Part shown: positions 7,562 to 14,439 of the stretch, piece after piece
Layout: each line of letters opens with the position of its first letter
Numbering within the stretch: the stretch's first letter is position 1
Origin: Candidatus Iainarchaeum sp.
Lineage (GTDB): Archaea; Iainarchaeota; Iainarchaeia; Iainarchaeales; JAZDEL01
Direction of reading: 5' to 3'
Length of the DNA: 32,000 nucleotides
Assembly (NCBI GenBank): GCA_043808785.1
Contig: JAZDEL010000004.1
Location: 168,739 to 200,738 of the forward strand
The notes under the pieces: generated by a model
What the model was told of the DNA's origin: nothing
Databases searched by the model: none
What the model saw: only the letters and a program-made list of their open reading frames with translations
Translations under genes and position numbers: made by a program

Positions 7562-9700
7562 ATGGATAGGGGCTTGAAGTTAATCGCTTTGTTCTGCGTG
7601 CTCGGGGTTGCGGGCATGCTGCTGCTCGGCTGTGTTGAACAGCCAACTGCCCCGGGCGGAAATCCTCCGGGAAATCCGCCAACAAATCCGCCCACCAACC
7701 CCCCCTCGAACCCGCCAGCCAACCCGCCCGCACAGAACGGGGAATTTTCAACGCTGAACAAATTTTCGAATTATGAGGAACTTGCCGCTGCTTTCGGCAG
7801 TTCTGCCTATCGCGGCGGGGAGTACATGACGAAAGATATGGTGCTTGCAGGAGGCGCAACACCTTCAATGGCGCCCGCATCTGCCGAATCAGCGCAGGAC
7901 AGCGGCAGTTCAAGCAACGGCGGTGTCGGCTACTCGACAACCAACGTTCAGGTGGAAGGGGTTGATGAAGCCGACATAGTTAAGAGCGACGGGAAATATA
8001 TTTACAACATCACGGGCAGCATGCTCGTGATAACGGATGCGTACCCGATTGAAACCGCGAAAATACTGTCGCAGACCAAGCTCGGCGGAATGATGCGGGT
8101 GGAGAACTTTTCCCCGCAGGAGATGTTTGTTTCTGGCGACGTGCTGCTTATTTTCGGGAGCAAGACTTACAATTACAATTACGGATATGAGGGCACAATA
8201 ACAAGGTGCGGAGGAATGGCAAGGTGCATTGTCCCGCCGTATTATATGCAGAGCATGGCTTCCGCAAGGATTTACGACATAAAGGACAGGGCGGCGCCTA
8301 AACTGGAGAAGGAAGTCGAGTTCCAGGGAAGTTATCTCACATCGAGGATGATAGGGGATAGCGCCTACTTTGTAATCAACAGTTCGCCGAACTACTGGGC
8401 AATGGCGATGACGGGGGACGAGAACAACATAATCCCCGTGATGGCGGAGGACGGCGCGGTAAAGAGGGTCGCGGAGGCAACGGAGATAGGATACATTCCG
8501 CCCATACCCGTCAACAGTTTCGTAACCATAGCGTCGCTGAACATGAAGAGCGGGAAACTGCAGAAGGAAACCGTTGCAGCGAGCGCGGAGAACGTTTATT
8601 CATCGCAGGAAAACATATACCTTGCCGCAACCGAGTGGAATTACTGCGACAGGCCGTATCCCGTGCCGCTCTCTGCGGAAATTGCGGTTGATTACTGCAT
8701 GAAACGCAGTAGTGAAAATACCGCGGTAACAAAATTCGCGCTTTCTGAAGGGGAAATAAAGTTCGAGGGCTGCGGCTCCGTGCCCGGGCACGTGCTGAAC
8801 CAGTTCTCGATGGATGAGTATGAGGGGAATTTCAGGATTGCAACCACGGAGGGGCAGGTCTGGGGCACGGGGGAAAGGCGCAGCTCGAACAACCTTTATG
8901 TGCTGGGTGCGGACATGAAGACTGTGGGCACGCTCGAGGACCTTGCACCCGGGGAGCAGATTTATTCGGTAAGGTTCATGGGCAAGCGAGCATACATGGT
9001 TACTTTCAAAAATACCGACCCGCTGTTCGTGATTGATGTTTCGGAACCCACGGCGCCAAAGGTGCTGGGCAAGCTGAAAATACCGGGCTACTCGGATTAC
9101 CTGCACCCGATGGATGAAACCCATATAATCGGCGTCGGGAAGGAGGCGACTGAATCAAAATACGGCGATTTCGCATGGTACCAGGGGATGAAGATTGCGG
9201 TTTTCGATGTCAGCGATGTGGAGCACCCTGTCGAGATGCATAAGGTCGTGATAGGCGACCGCGGAACCGATTCATACGCGCTGAACGACCACAGGGCATT
9301 CCTCTATGACGCGGAAAAGGAACTGCTGGTGCTGCCGATACAGCTGGCGGAAATCTCGGCGGAGGAAAGGGCGCGTGCGGAGAAGCGCGCGCAGGACTGG
9401 CCGCTTTACGGCGAACCCGTGTTCCAGGGCGCTTTCGTGTGGAGGCTGACGCTTGCGAACGGCTTCGAGGAGCGCGGGAGAATAACCCACATCACGCCCG
9501 AGGAGGAACTGAAGCGCGGCTATTATTACGGCTATGATTACCAGGTAAAGAGGGCGATGTACATAGGCGGCGTGCTTTACACGCTCTCGGACAGGATGCT
9601 GAAGGCTAACAATCTGGGGACGCTGGCGCAGCTAAAGGATTTTGTTTTCGAGAAGGGCAGCGAGGATTACTACTACGGCTATTACCCGCGCGGCGTGTGA
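7562..9700 (+). CDS. secreted beta-propeller domain protein (COG4880 / Beta_propel family)
   Basis: Hallmark TNVQVEGVDEADIVKSDGKYIY, and C-terminal ...DPLFVIDVS.P..P...G.LKIPGYS.YLHP.... Signal ending LLLGC followed by an (N/T/S)PP linker. TATA TATTTAAATA at 7521-7530. Confidence 0.85.
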   Translation: MDRGLKLIALFCVLGVAGMLLLGCVEQPTAPGGNPPGNPPTNPPTNPPSNPPANPPAQNGEFSTLNKFSNYEELAAAFGSSAYRGGEYMTKDMVLAGGATPSMAPASAESAQDSGSSSNGGVGYSTTNVQVEGVDEADIVKSDGKYIYNITGSMLVITDAYPIETAKILSQTKLGGMMRVENFSPQEMFVSGDVLLIFGSKTYNYNYGYEGTITRCGGMARCIVPPYYMQSMASARIYDIKDRAAPKLEKEVEFQGSYLTSRMIGDSAYFVINSSPNYWAMAMTGDENNIIPVMAEDGAVKRVAEATEIGYIPPIPVNSFVTIASLNMKSGKLQKETVAASAENVYSSQENIYLAATEWNYCDRPYPVPLSAEIAVDYCMKRSSENTAVTKFALSEGEIKFEGCGSVPGHVLNQFSMDEYEGNFRIATTEGQVWGTGERRSSNNLYVLGADMKTVGTLEDLAPGEQIYSVRFMGKRAYMVTFKNTDPLFVIDVSEPTAPKVLGKLKIPGYSDYLHPMDETHIIGVGKEATESKYGDFAWYQGMKIAVFDVSDVEHPVEMHKVVIGDRGTDSYALNDHRAFLYDAEKELLVLPIQLAEISAEERARAEKRAQDWPLYGEPVFQGAFVWRLTLANGFEERGRITHITPEEELKRGYYYGYDYQVKRAMYIGGVLYTLSDRMLKANNLGTLAQLKDFVFEKGSEDYYYGYYPRGV
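7652..7732 (+). repeat. in-frame GNPP/TNPP/SNPP/ANPP tetrapeptide repeat linker
   Basis: PGGNPPGNPPTNPPTNPPSNPPANPPAQ, encoded by imperfect 12-nt tandem units. Confidence 0.8.
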
Positions 9701-9763
9701 AGTGAAAAGCATACGCAGCCAACCCCCCGAAAAGATTTAAAAGCAGAAAACCCGAATTATTAC

Positions 9764-10417
9764 ATGGTTCTTGAAATCCTCTCGCCGCTTGTCGAGGCGC
9801 TTAACCCTTACCTCGACATAATTTACCCGAACTTCATGTCCGCCCTGCCCGCGCTGGCGCTAATAATGCTGAGCATCGCGGCATATGCCACGCTCATATA
9901 CATATTCTACAGGCTGGTCGCGAAGAGGGATATCTTCGAATGGAACGTGGAGAAGTACAGGATAAAAAAGGGCGGGATGTTTGCCGCAATTGTCGACCTG
10001 GTGCTTGGCATAATAAAGTACGGCATTTTTTTCCCTTTCGTGGTTTTCCTCTGGTTCGGCGGGTTTTCCGTGCTGCTTTCCCTGCTTGCGAAAAACATAA
10101 ACATGACACACCTGCTGCTGATATCCGCAACCCTTGTGGCGGCAATAAGGCTCACCTCATATTACACCGAGGACCTTTCAAAGGACCTTGCGAAACTTGT
10201 GCCGTTTGCGCTTCTCGGCATTGCGCTCGCGGAACCGACTTTCTTTTCGCTCGAGTTGTTTGCGCAGAGGCTGGCGGACATGCCGCAGTTCCTTCCGCAG
10301 ATTGCCGCGTATCTCACGTTCATAATATTGCTGGAGTGGGTACTGCGCGTGGTGCTGGCGTTCAAGCACCTTGTTTTCGGGGTTGCCCGGCCTAAAGCAG
10401 AGGGAAACGGGGCATAA
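9764..10417 (+). CDS. multi-pass membrane protein, hypothetical
   Basis: 217 aa with about 6 hydrophobic segments. TATA ATTTAAAAG (9735-9743) about 25 nt upstream of the ATG. Confidence 0.65.
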   Translation: MVLEILSPLVEALNPYLDIIYPNFMSALPALALIMLSIAAYATLIYIFYRLVAKRDIFEWNVEKYRIKKGGMFAAIVDLVLGIIKYGIFFPFVVFLWFGGFSVLLSLLAKNINMTHLLLISATLVAAIRLTSYYTEDLSKDLAKLVPFALLGIALAEPTFFSLELFAQRLADMPQFLPQIAAYLTFIILLEWVLRVVLAFKHLVFGVARPKAEGNGA

Positions 10418-10462
10418 CAAAACAATTAATAACTGCCCGTGGGGCTGCAAGGGGTGAATGTG

Positions 10463-10711
10463 ATGATACGCGGGGTAGGGAGAATAAAGGGGGTTATCAG
10501 CAGGCTGCTGGCTAACCGCCTGCAGCGCAAACCGAGCGCCCACGGGGAGAAGCGCGAAATTGCCCCATCGGGGGAACGCCATGTGGAACCTGCCTCGCAT
10601 TCCGGCGAAACGTGGACGGAATACGGGAAGGGACAGGGGTCAGATGTCGACCCCCGCACAAAATTATCCGCAAGGAAGAGGGGACCGGGCAATTTCGAAA
10701 CAACCGCCTGA
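10463..10711 (+). CDS. possible 82-aa basic hydrophilic protein (hypothetical)
   Basis: ATG 10463 is preceded by AAGGGGTGAAT. Codon choice (ATA, AGG, GGG, AAG) resembles neighbouring genes. No family recognised. The region is also strongly self-complementary, so an RNA role is not excluded. Confidence 0.35.
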   Translation: MIRGVGRIKGVISRLLANRLQRKPSAHGEKREIAPSGERHVEPASHSGETWTEYGKGQGSDVDPRTKLSARKRGPGNFETTA

Positions 10712-10720
10712 GCTTAGCCC

Positions 10721-11125
10721 CTACTTAATCCTCTGCGCCATCTTCACCGCGGATTCGACCGAGCGCGTTGCGTAGCCGTCTATCCTCTGCATCGCCTGCA
10801 TGCGCGTCATGCGCGGGCCGGAAATGCCGAGGGAAACGGGCTTGTTGTGCTCGAGCGAGAGGTCCATTATCTTGCGCGCCGCGTGCTGCGCAACAATCTC
10901 GTCGTGCCCGGTATCCCCTTCTATTACCGCGCCGAGGGTTACAACCGCGTCGATGCTTTTGTCCTGCAGCAGTTTCTTTATCGCGAGCGGCATATCGTAC
11001 GTGCCCGGCACGTGGATTGTTTCCCCCGCCTCGACGCCAAGGAACTGTGCGTGCTCCCTTGCGCGCTGCAGCATCAGGCTGGTTACGTCATAGTTGAACT
11101 CCGAAACAACGAACCCTAACTTCAT
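10721..11125 (-). CDS. ribH: 6,7-dimethyl-8-ribityllumazine synthase (archaeal type)
   Basis: 134 aa. [15 protein letters not shown]...[10 protein letters not shown]...[16 protein letters not shown]... matches archaeal lumazine synthases. SD GGAGGTGA. Confidence 0.9.
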   Translation of the reverse strand: MKLGFVVSEFNYDVTSLMLQRAREHAQFLGVEAGETIHVPGTYDMPLAIKKLLQDKSIDAVVTLGAVIEGDTGHDEIVAQHAARKIMDLSLEHNKPVSLGISGPRMTRMQAMQRIDGYATRSVESAVKMAQRIK

Positions 11126-11298
11126 CTATATTCACCTCCAAGGATAAACAAACCGCATATTACCGCACCATCGGAGATGGCGCACATATTGCGGAGTGCC
11201 CCTATTTTGGCAAAGCCAAAATGGGCACAATTGGGCTTGCCCAATTCGTGCCGTACGCAATCGGGCTTGAATTCGGATACTACAAAACCCAACTTCAT
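11122..11298 (-). CDS. 58-aa upstream ORF beginning with a relic copy of the ribH start ([10 protein letters not shown]...)
   Basis: Has its own GGAGGTG SD. The first 10 codons encode the same peptide as ribH, with 7 silent differences. Its stop TGA overlaps the ribH ATG (ATGA). The remainder shows no similarity to ribH. Confidence 0.35.
   Translation of the reverse strand: MKLGFVVSEFKPDCVRHELGKPNCAHFGFAKIGALRNMCAISDGAVICGLFILGGEYR
11188..11261. repeat. two-hairpin structured element, copy 1
   Basis: Outer stem ATTGCG/CGCAAT. GTGCCC-CT-[ATTTTGGC aaa GCCAAAAT]-GGGCAC. [AATTGGGC tt GCCCAATT]. The architecture is shared with 29089-29155. Confidence 0.6.
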
Positions 11299-11353
11299 CA
11301 AAACCACCTCCAAATTTTCGGTTTTTTGTTTTGGTTTTTGTTTTTTTATTTTT

Positions 11354-11836
11354 TTACAGTTCAAATTGGTCGGCATTAACCGAACCCTGCCTTTGCCCCG
11401 TGCCTGCAAGCGCACGCAGGGAATTTTTGCAGTTCCCGCCTTTTTCGTTCCGCAAAAGCGCGAGCGCGTTGCGCGCGTGCTTAACCGTGCGTTCGCGCAT
11501 AATTTCGCGCATCTGCTTTTCGTTTTTTCCCTCATCCTCGTGAACGAAAACCTCGATAATGTGCCTGCCGGTTTGCAGCGCCGCGTTCTGCAAACCCTGC
11601 GATGCCACAAGCGCGCATTCCTTGTCTATGGGCTTCGAGCCGGGCATGCCGAGCGCGATTACGATGCCGCAATCCTGCTCCGCGAGCAGTTTTTTCGCGG
11701 CAACGGGCAAGTCCTTTATCCCCGGAACCGTGAGGCGCACAATGCGCGCATCGCCTTCCGTGCGCAGGGTGCGCCCGCACAATGCGCCCATGTCCGCGCA
11801 CGCGAACATTGTGTCCGCGATGCCGATTTTTTTCAT
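11354..11836 (-). CDS. ribC: riboflavin synthase, archaeal type (MJ1184 family)
   Basis: 160 aa. MKKIGIADTMFA...TVPGIKDLPVAAKKL...ALGMPG... is characteristic of archaeal riboflavin synthase. Confidence 0.85.
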   Translation of the reverse strand: MKKIGIADTMFACADMGALCGRTLRTEGDARIVRLTVPGIKDLPVAAKKLLAEQDCGIVIALGMPGSKPIDKECALVASQGLQNAALQTGRHIIEVFVHEDEGKNEKQMREIMRERTVKHARNALALLRNEKGGNCKNSLRALAGTGQRQGSVNADQFEL

Positions 11837-11861
11837 GCCTGCTCCCTCCGCAGGTTTTTTT

Positions 11862-12554
11862 TCATAATTTCGCCTCCAATGAAAGTGCTGAGCCGTCGCG
11901 CAGGGAAAATTTTTTTCGCAAATTCACGGGAGCGATTACCTCGGCGATGTGCGAAGGATGGGAGGTGCGCTCGGGAACGACAATTGCGCCGCTTACCTTT
12001 GGGACGCCCGCCTTGCCTGCAACCGTAATGCAATAACATTTGCTCGAGCCGAATGTCCGTCCCCCCGCGGAAAAGCCGGAAATGAAAATCGGGGCAATGC
12101 TGTCCAGAAAATTTTTCAGTTCGTGCTCTTCGATTTTCAGGTTCATCGTGCCGAGAAAGGGCGTGAAGCCGAGCGCATCCCTCAACTGCGCGAGGTATTT
12201 CTGCTGCGAGAGGTAATAGGAACCCTCGCCCAATCCGGAAACCACGGAACCCGTGATTTTCATTTTTTTTGTTTTGTTTTTCGCCGAAAAAATGCTTTGC
12301 ATGAGCGAGAACTGCGCGTGCAGGGAATCCCTGCCCTTCTTTGTGAGCGAGACCGTTATCCCGCGTGCGCCGGCACTGCGGCTAACCATCCCCGCATTTT
12401 CAAGCGCACGCAGCCTGCGGGAGGCGGATTGCTGGGAAGCGCCGAGCGCGTGCGCAACTGCGCCTGTGGAAAGCAGGGCGGAACCGTTAAGGCCCGCACG
12501 CTGCGCAACAAGCATAAGCAGTTCGGGATCCGCACTTGTACCTGCCCTTTTCAT
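11862..12554 (-). CDS. RbkR-like fusion: N-terminal wHTH regulator + CTP-dependent riboflavin kinase
   Basis: The C-terminal half (GSVVSGLGEGSYYLS..KY..Q....LGFTPFLGTMNL...G...G...C) matches the archaeal RibK (MJ0056) family. The N-terminal roughly 85 aa is HTH-like (ALLSTGAVAHALGASQQSASRRLRALENAGMV). ATG 12554 sits 27 nt from TATA (12578-12585), so it is preferred over 12572. Confidence 0.8.
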   Translation of the reverse strand: MKRAGTSADPELLMLVAQRAGLNGSALLSTGAVAHALGASQQSASRRLRALENAGMVSRSAGARGITVSLTKKGRDSLHAQFSLMQSIFSAKNKTKKMKITGSVVSGLGEGSYYLSQQKYLAQLRDALGFTPFLGTMNLKIEEHELKNFLDSIAPIFISGFSAGGRTFGSSKCYCITVAGKAGVPKVSGAIVVPERTSHPSHIAEVIAPVNLRKKFSLRDGSALSLEAKL

Positions 12555-12577
12555 GCAGGGATTGTGCCACATAGTTA

Positions 12578-12599
12578 CTTAAAAACGTTATGATTAACG
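12578..12599 (-). promoter_or_regulatory. TATA box plus adjacent inverted repeat CGTTA-TGAT-TAACG
   Basis: On the - strand, TTTTTAAG (12578-12585). The 5+5 inverted repeat at 12586-12599 sits in the BRE-proximal position. Confidence 0.4.
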
Positions 12600-12624
12600 G
12601 AAATGAGTAGGCAAACGGGCGCGC

Positions 12625-13686
12625 TCACTTCGCCATGTAAATCGTCTGCGTCGGGAAGGCGAAGTCTATTTTGTTTTTGTCGAACGCCTCTTTGATTGCG
12701 AAGTTCACGTTGCTCTTCACGCGCATCCAGTTGTCGAGGTCCTCTATGTAGTAAATCAGGAAAATATCGAGGCTGAAATCCTTGAACTCGGAGAAATAAA
12801 TATCGGGGTTTTTCCTGCAGCCCTTTGTTTTGCCCACGGCTTCGGTGAGCAGCTTCTCCGCAAGGCGCATTTTTTTCACGGGCGTGCCGTAAGTGATGCC
12901 GAGATGCACGCGCATCTTGCGCGCGGGGACTGAGGAAATGTTGGTTACGATTGCGCTACTTATCTTCGAGTTCGGCAGGGTGACTATGCGGTCGTCAAGG
13001 TCGAGCACGCGCGTTGTGCGCAGGCCGACCTCCTTAATCTGCCCTATCCTGCCGTCGAATTCCACCCAGTCGCCTATTTTGAACGGCTTGCTCGCGAATA
13101 TGGAGATGCCGCCGAAAAAGTTCGATATGGTTTCCTGCGCTGCAAACGCCACTGCAAGGCCGCCTATGCCGAGGCCGGCAAGCAGCGCCGTTACATCATA
13201 GCCGAAGTTGCTGATTATCATTATGCCGGCGAGGAGCATTATGCTCGCCTTCGAAAGTTTCCTCAGTATTGGCACCAGCTGGTCGTCGAGTTTTGACTCG
13301 GTTTTCTGCGTGAAGGGGATGAGGAAATGCTTTATCAGCGCGTCCGCAAGCCTTACGGCAAGCCATGCCCCGACTATTATTACGAGCACACCTATGATGT
13401 TGTAAAATGCGGAGTTCAGGAAAGGCGAATCCACTGTGAGGAACTGGTAGCCGATTACGAGGCCGATTATCACGAGGAACATGACGAGCGGCTCCTCGAC
13501 CATGTCGAGCAGGACATCGTCAAGTTCTGATTTCGTTTTCGCGGTTATGCGCCTGCCGTAGGTCTTGAGGAAATAATAAACCGCCTTGCCGAGAAGCGCG
13601 AAGCCTATTACGGTTATGAAGAACTGCGCGTACTGCACAAGGTTGGACCCCAAATAAACTCCCGAAAGGAAATCAAGGGCAAACAT
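12625..13686 (-). CDS. small-conductance mechanosensitive channel (MscS family)
   Basis: TM region followed by GLGIGGLAVAFAAQETISNFFGGISIF..KPFKIGDWV......G.I.EVGLRTT.V...D...V.LPNS. ATG 13686 is preferred (TATA at 13710-13718, - strand). Confidence 0.85.
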   Translation of the reverse strand: MFALDFLSGVYLGSNLVQYAQFFITVIGFALLGKAVYYFLKTYGRRITAKTKSELDDVLLDMVEEPLVMFLVIIGLVIGYQFLTVDSPFLNSAFYNIIGVLVIIVGAWLAVRLADALIKHFLIPFTQKTESKLDDQLVPILRKLSKASIMLLAGIMIISNFGYDVTALLAGLGIGGLAVAFAAQETISNFFGGISIFASKPFKIGDWVEFDGRIGQIKEVGLRTTRVLDLDDRIVTLPNSKISSAIVTNISSVPARKMRVHLGITYGTPVKKMRLAEKLLTEAVGKTKGCRKNPDIYFSEFKDFSLDIFLIYYIEDLDNWMRVKSNVNFAIKEAFDKNKIDFAFPTQTIYMAK

Positions 13687-13734
13687 ACGGTTAATATGGG
13701 GCGGCAATCAATAAAAAAGTTGCGTTTTTGCGCA

Positions 13735-13781
13735 TGGTTCTGCGGGGGTTTTTTCGCGTGGTTCTGCGGGGTTTTTTCGCG
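13735..13781. repeat. tandem 23/24-nt direct repeat TGGTTCTGCGGGG(G)TTTTTTCGCG x2
   Basis: Copies at 13735-13758 and 13759-13781. Their reverse complement contains GAAAAAACCCC(C)GCAGA. Confidence 0.8.
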
Positions 13782-13901
13782 CGCAATTCCCCCTGCGCGC
13801 GGCAAATATTCGGGCGGACGCGCGCCGAATTTTCGGGCGGGCACATGAAGAAAGGCTGTTAAAGGCGCGCCGGGGCGCGCGGAAAACCGCCCCGCTGCGC
13901 C

Positions 13902-13944
13902 AAAAACCCCAAAATAACCCTTTAAACCCGTGTTTGGGGTTTTT
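13902..13944. repeat. 12-bp perfect inverted repeat AAAAACCCCAAA ... TTTGGGGTTTTT
   Basis: Arms at 13902-13913 and 13933-13944 with a 19-nt loop, followed by a T run. GC-rich palindromes lie nearby at 13778-13801 and 13865-13880. Confidence 0.7.
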
Positions 13945-14184
13945 TCTGAAATTTCGCGGCAAAAGGGCGCGTTTGAATAACTTTATATTGATTTCTATTG
14001 TTAAATGAATAATTAAATATAGATGCATCTGTGGCGATTTTTGAAACTGGGTGGTTCAATCACGTTTCAAGCTAAGCCTGTGTTATAAGCGTCGGTTTGG
14101 CGTCGGAACACAGCGTAAGCCGTGAGCCGGTTTCAATAATTGCACCCACAGGAGCGGGTCCCCTTGGCGCTTGATAAGGTTGGC

Positions 14185-14397
14185 ATGCACTTTTTAGTGC
14201 CGAAACATGAAATCGTGCCGGAAGCACGCATCGACGAGGTGCTGAAAAGATACAGCTCCTCAAAGGAAAAACTTCCGCAGATTCTCAAGAACGACCCCGC
14301 GCTCGAGGAAATTGGCGCGAAGAAGGGCGACATAATAAAAATCACGAGGAACAGCCCTACCGCGGGGAAGGCTATTTATTTCCGCGTTGTGGATTAG
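14185..14397 (+). CDS. rpoH: DNA-directed RNA polymerase subunit H (Rpo5)
   Basis: 70 aa. LVPKHEIV...E...VL..Y.....LP.I...DP........GDIIKI.R.S.TAG....YR.V pattern. First gene of the rpo cluster. Confidence 0.85.
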   Translation: MHFLVPKHEIVPEARIDEVLKRYSSSKEKLPQILKNDPALEEIGAKKGDIIKITRNSPTAGKAIYFRVVD

Positions 14398-14439
14398 TGA
14401 AATTAAAATACTTAAATGAAAACGGAACGGTGTTGAAAA

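Noticed and set aside
7652-7732. Short tandem repeats (here and at 13735-13781) as possible CRISPR arrays.
   Set aside because: There are only 2-6 short units without unique spacers. One set is in frame within a CDS linker. No cas genes are present in the window.
10460-10711. C/D-box-like pair: GUGAUGA at 10460-10466 and CUGA at 10708-10711, near pairing termini.
   Set aside because: The boxes are about 240 nt apart, whereas archaeal C/D sRNAs are about 50-70 nt, and no C'/D' boxes are present. The two motifs coincide with the start region (GTGATGA contains ATG 10463) and the stop codon (cTGA) of the candidate ORF.
10441-10720. Possible SRP RNA or RNase P RNA, given the roughly 280-nt size and GC-rich structure.
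   Set aside because: On neither strand could I find the SRP helix-8 signature (GNAR loop with the AGCA/GGAA context). I also could not find the RNase P CR-I/CR-V motifs (GAGGAAAGUCC ... ACAGAA..GGCUUA) in the correct order. Only partial look-alikes are present.
11126-11353. FMN riboswitch upstream of ribH.
   Set aside because: No RFN consensus segments were recognisable on the transcribed strand. The structure present is the two-hairpin element that also occurs at a non-riboflavin locus.
13708-14028. 106-aa ORF (- strand) and other ORFs filling the mscS-rpoH spacer.
   Set aside because: The translation is driven by tandem repeats and palindromes (KNPAEPREKTPAEP...). There is no SD or TATA in a suitable position, and the ORF overlaps the promoter regions.
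14095-14130. 5S rRNA-like string CGGAACACAGCGTAAGCC (compare CCGAACACGGAAGTTAAGC).
   Set aside because: The surrounding sequence does not form helix I or the helix II/III-IV/V architecture at about 120 nt. The match is better explained as one arm of the leader hairpin 14078-14113.
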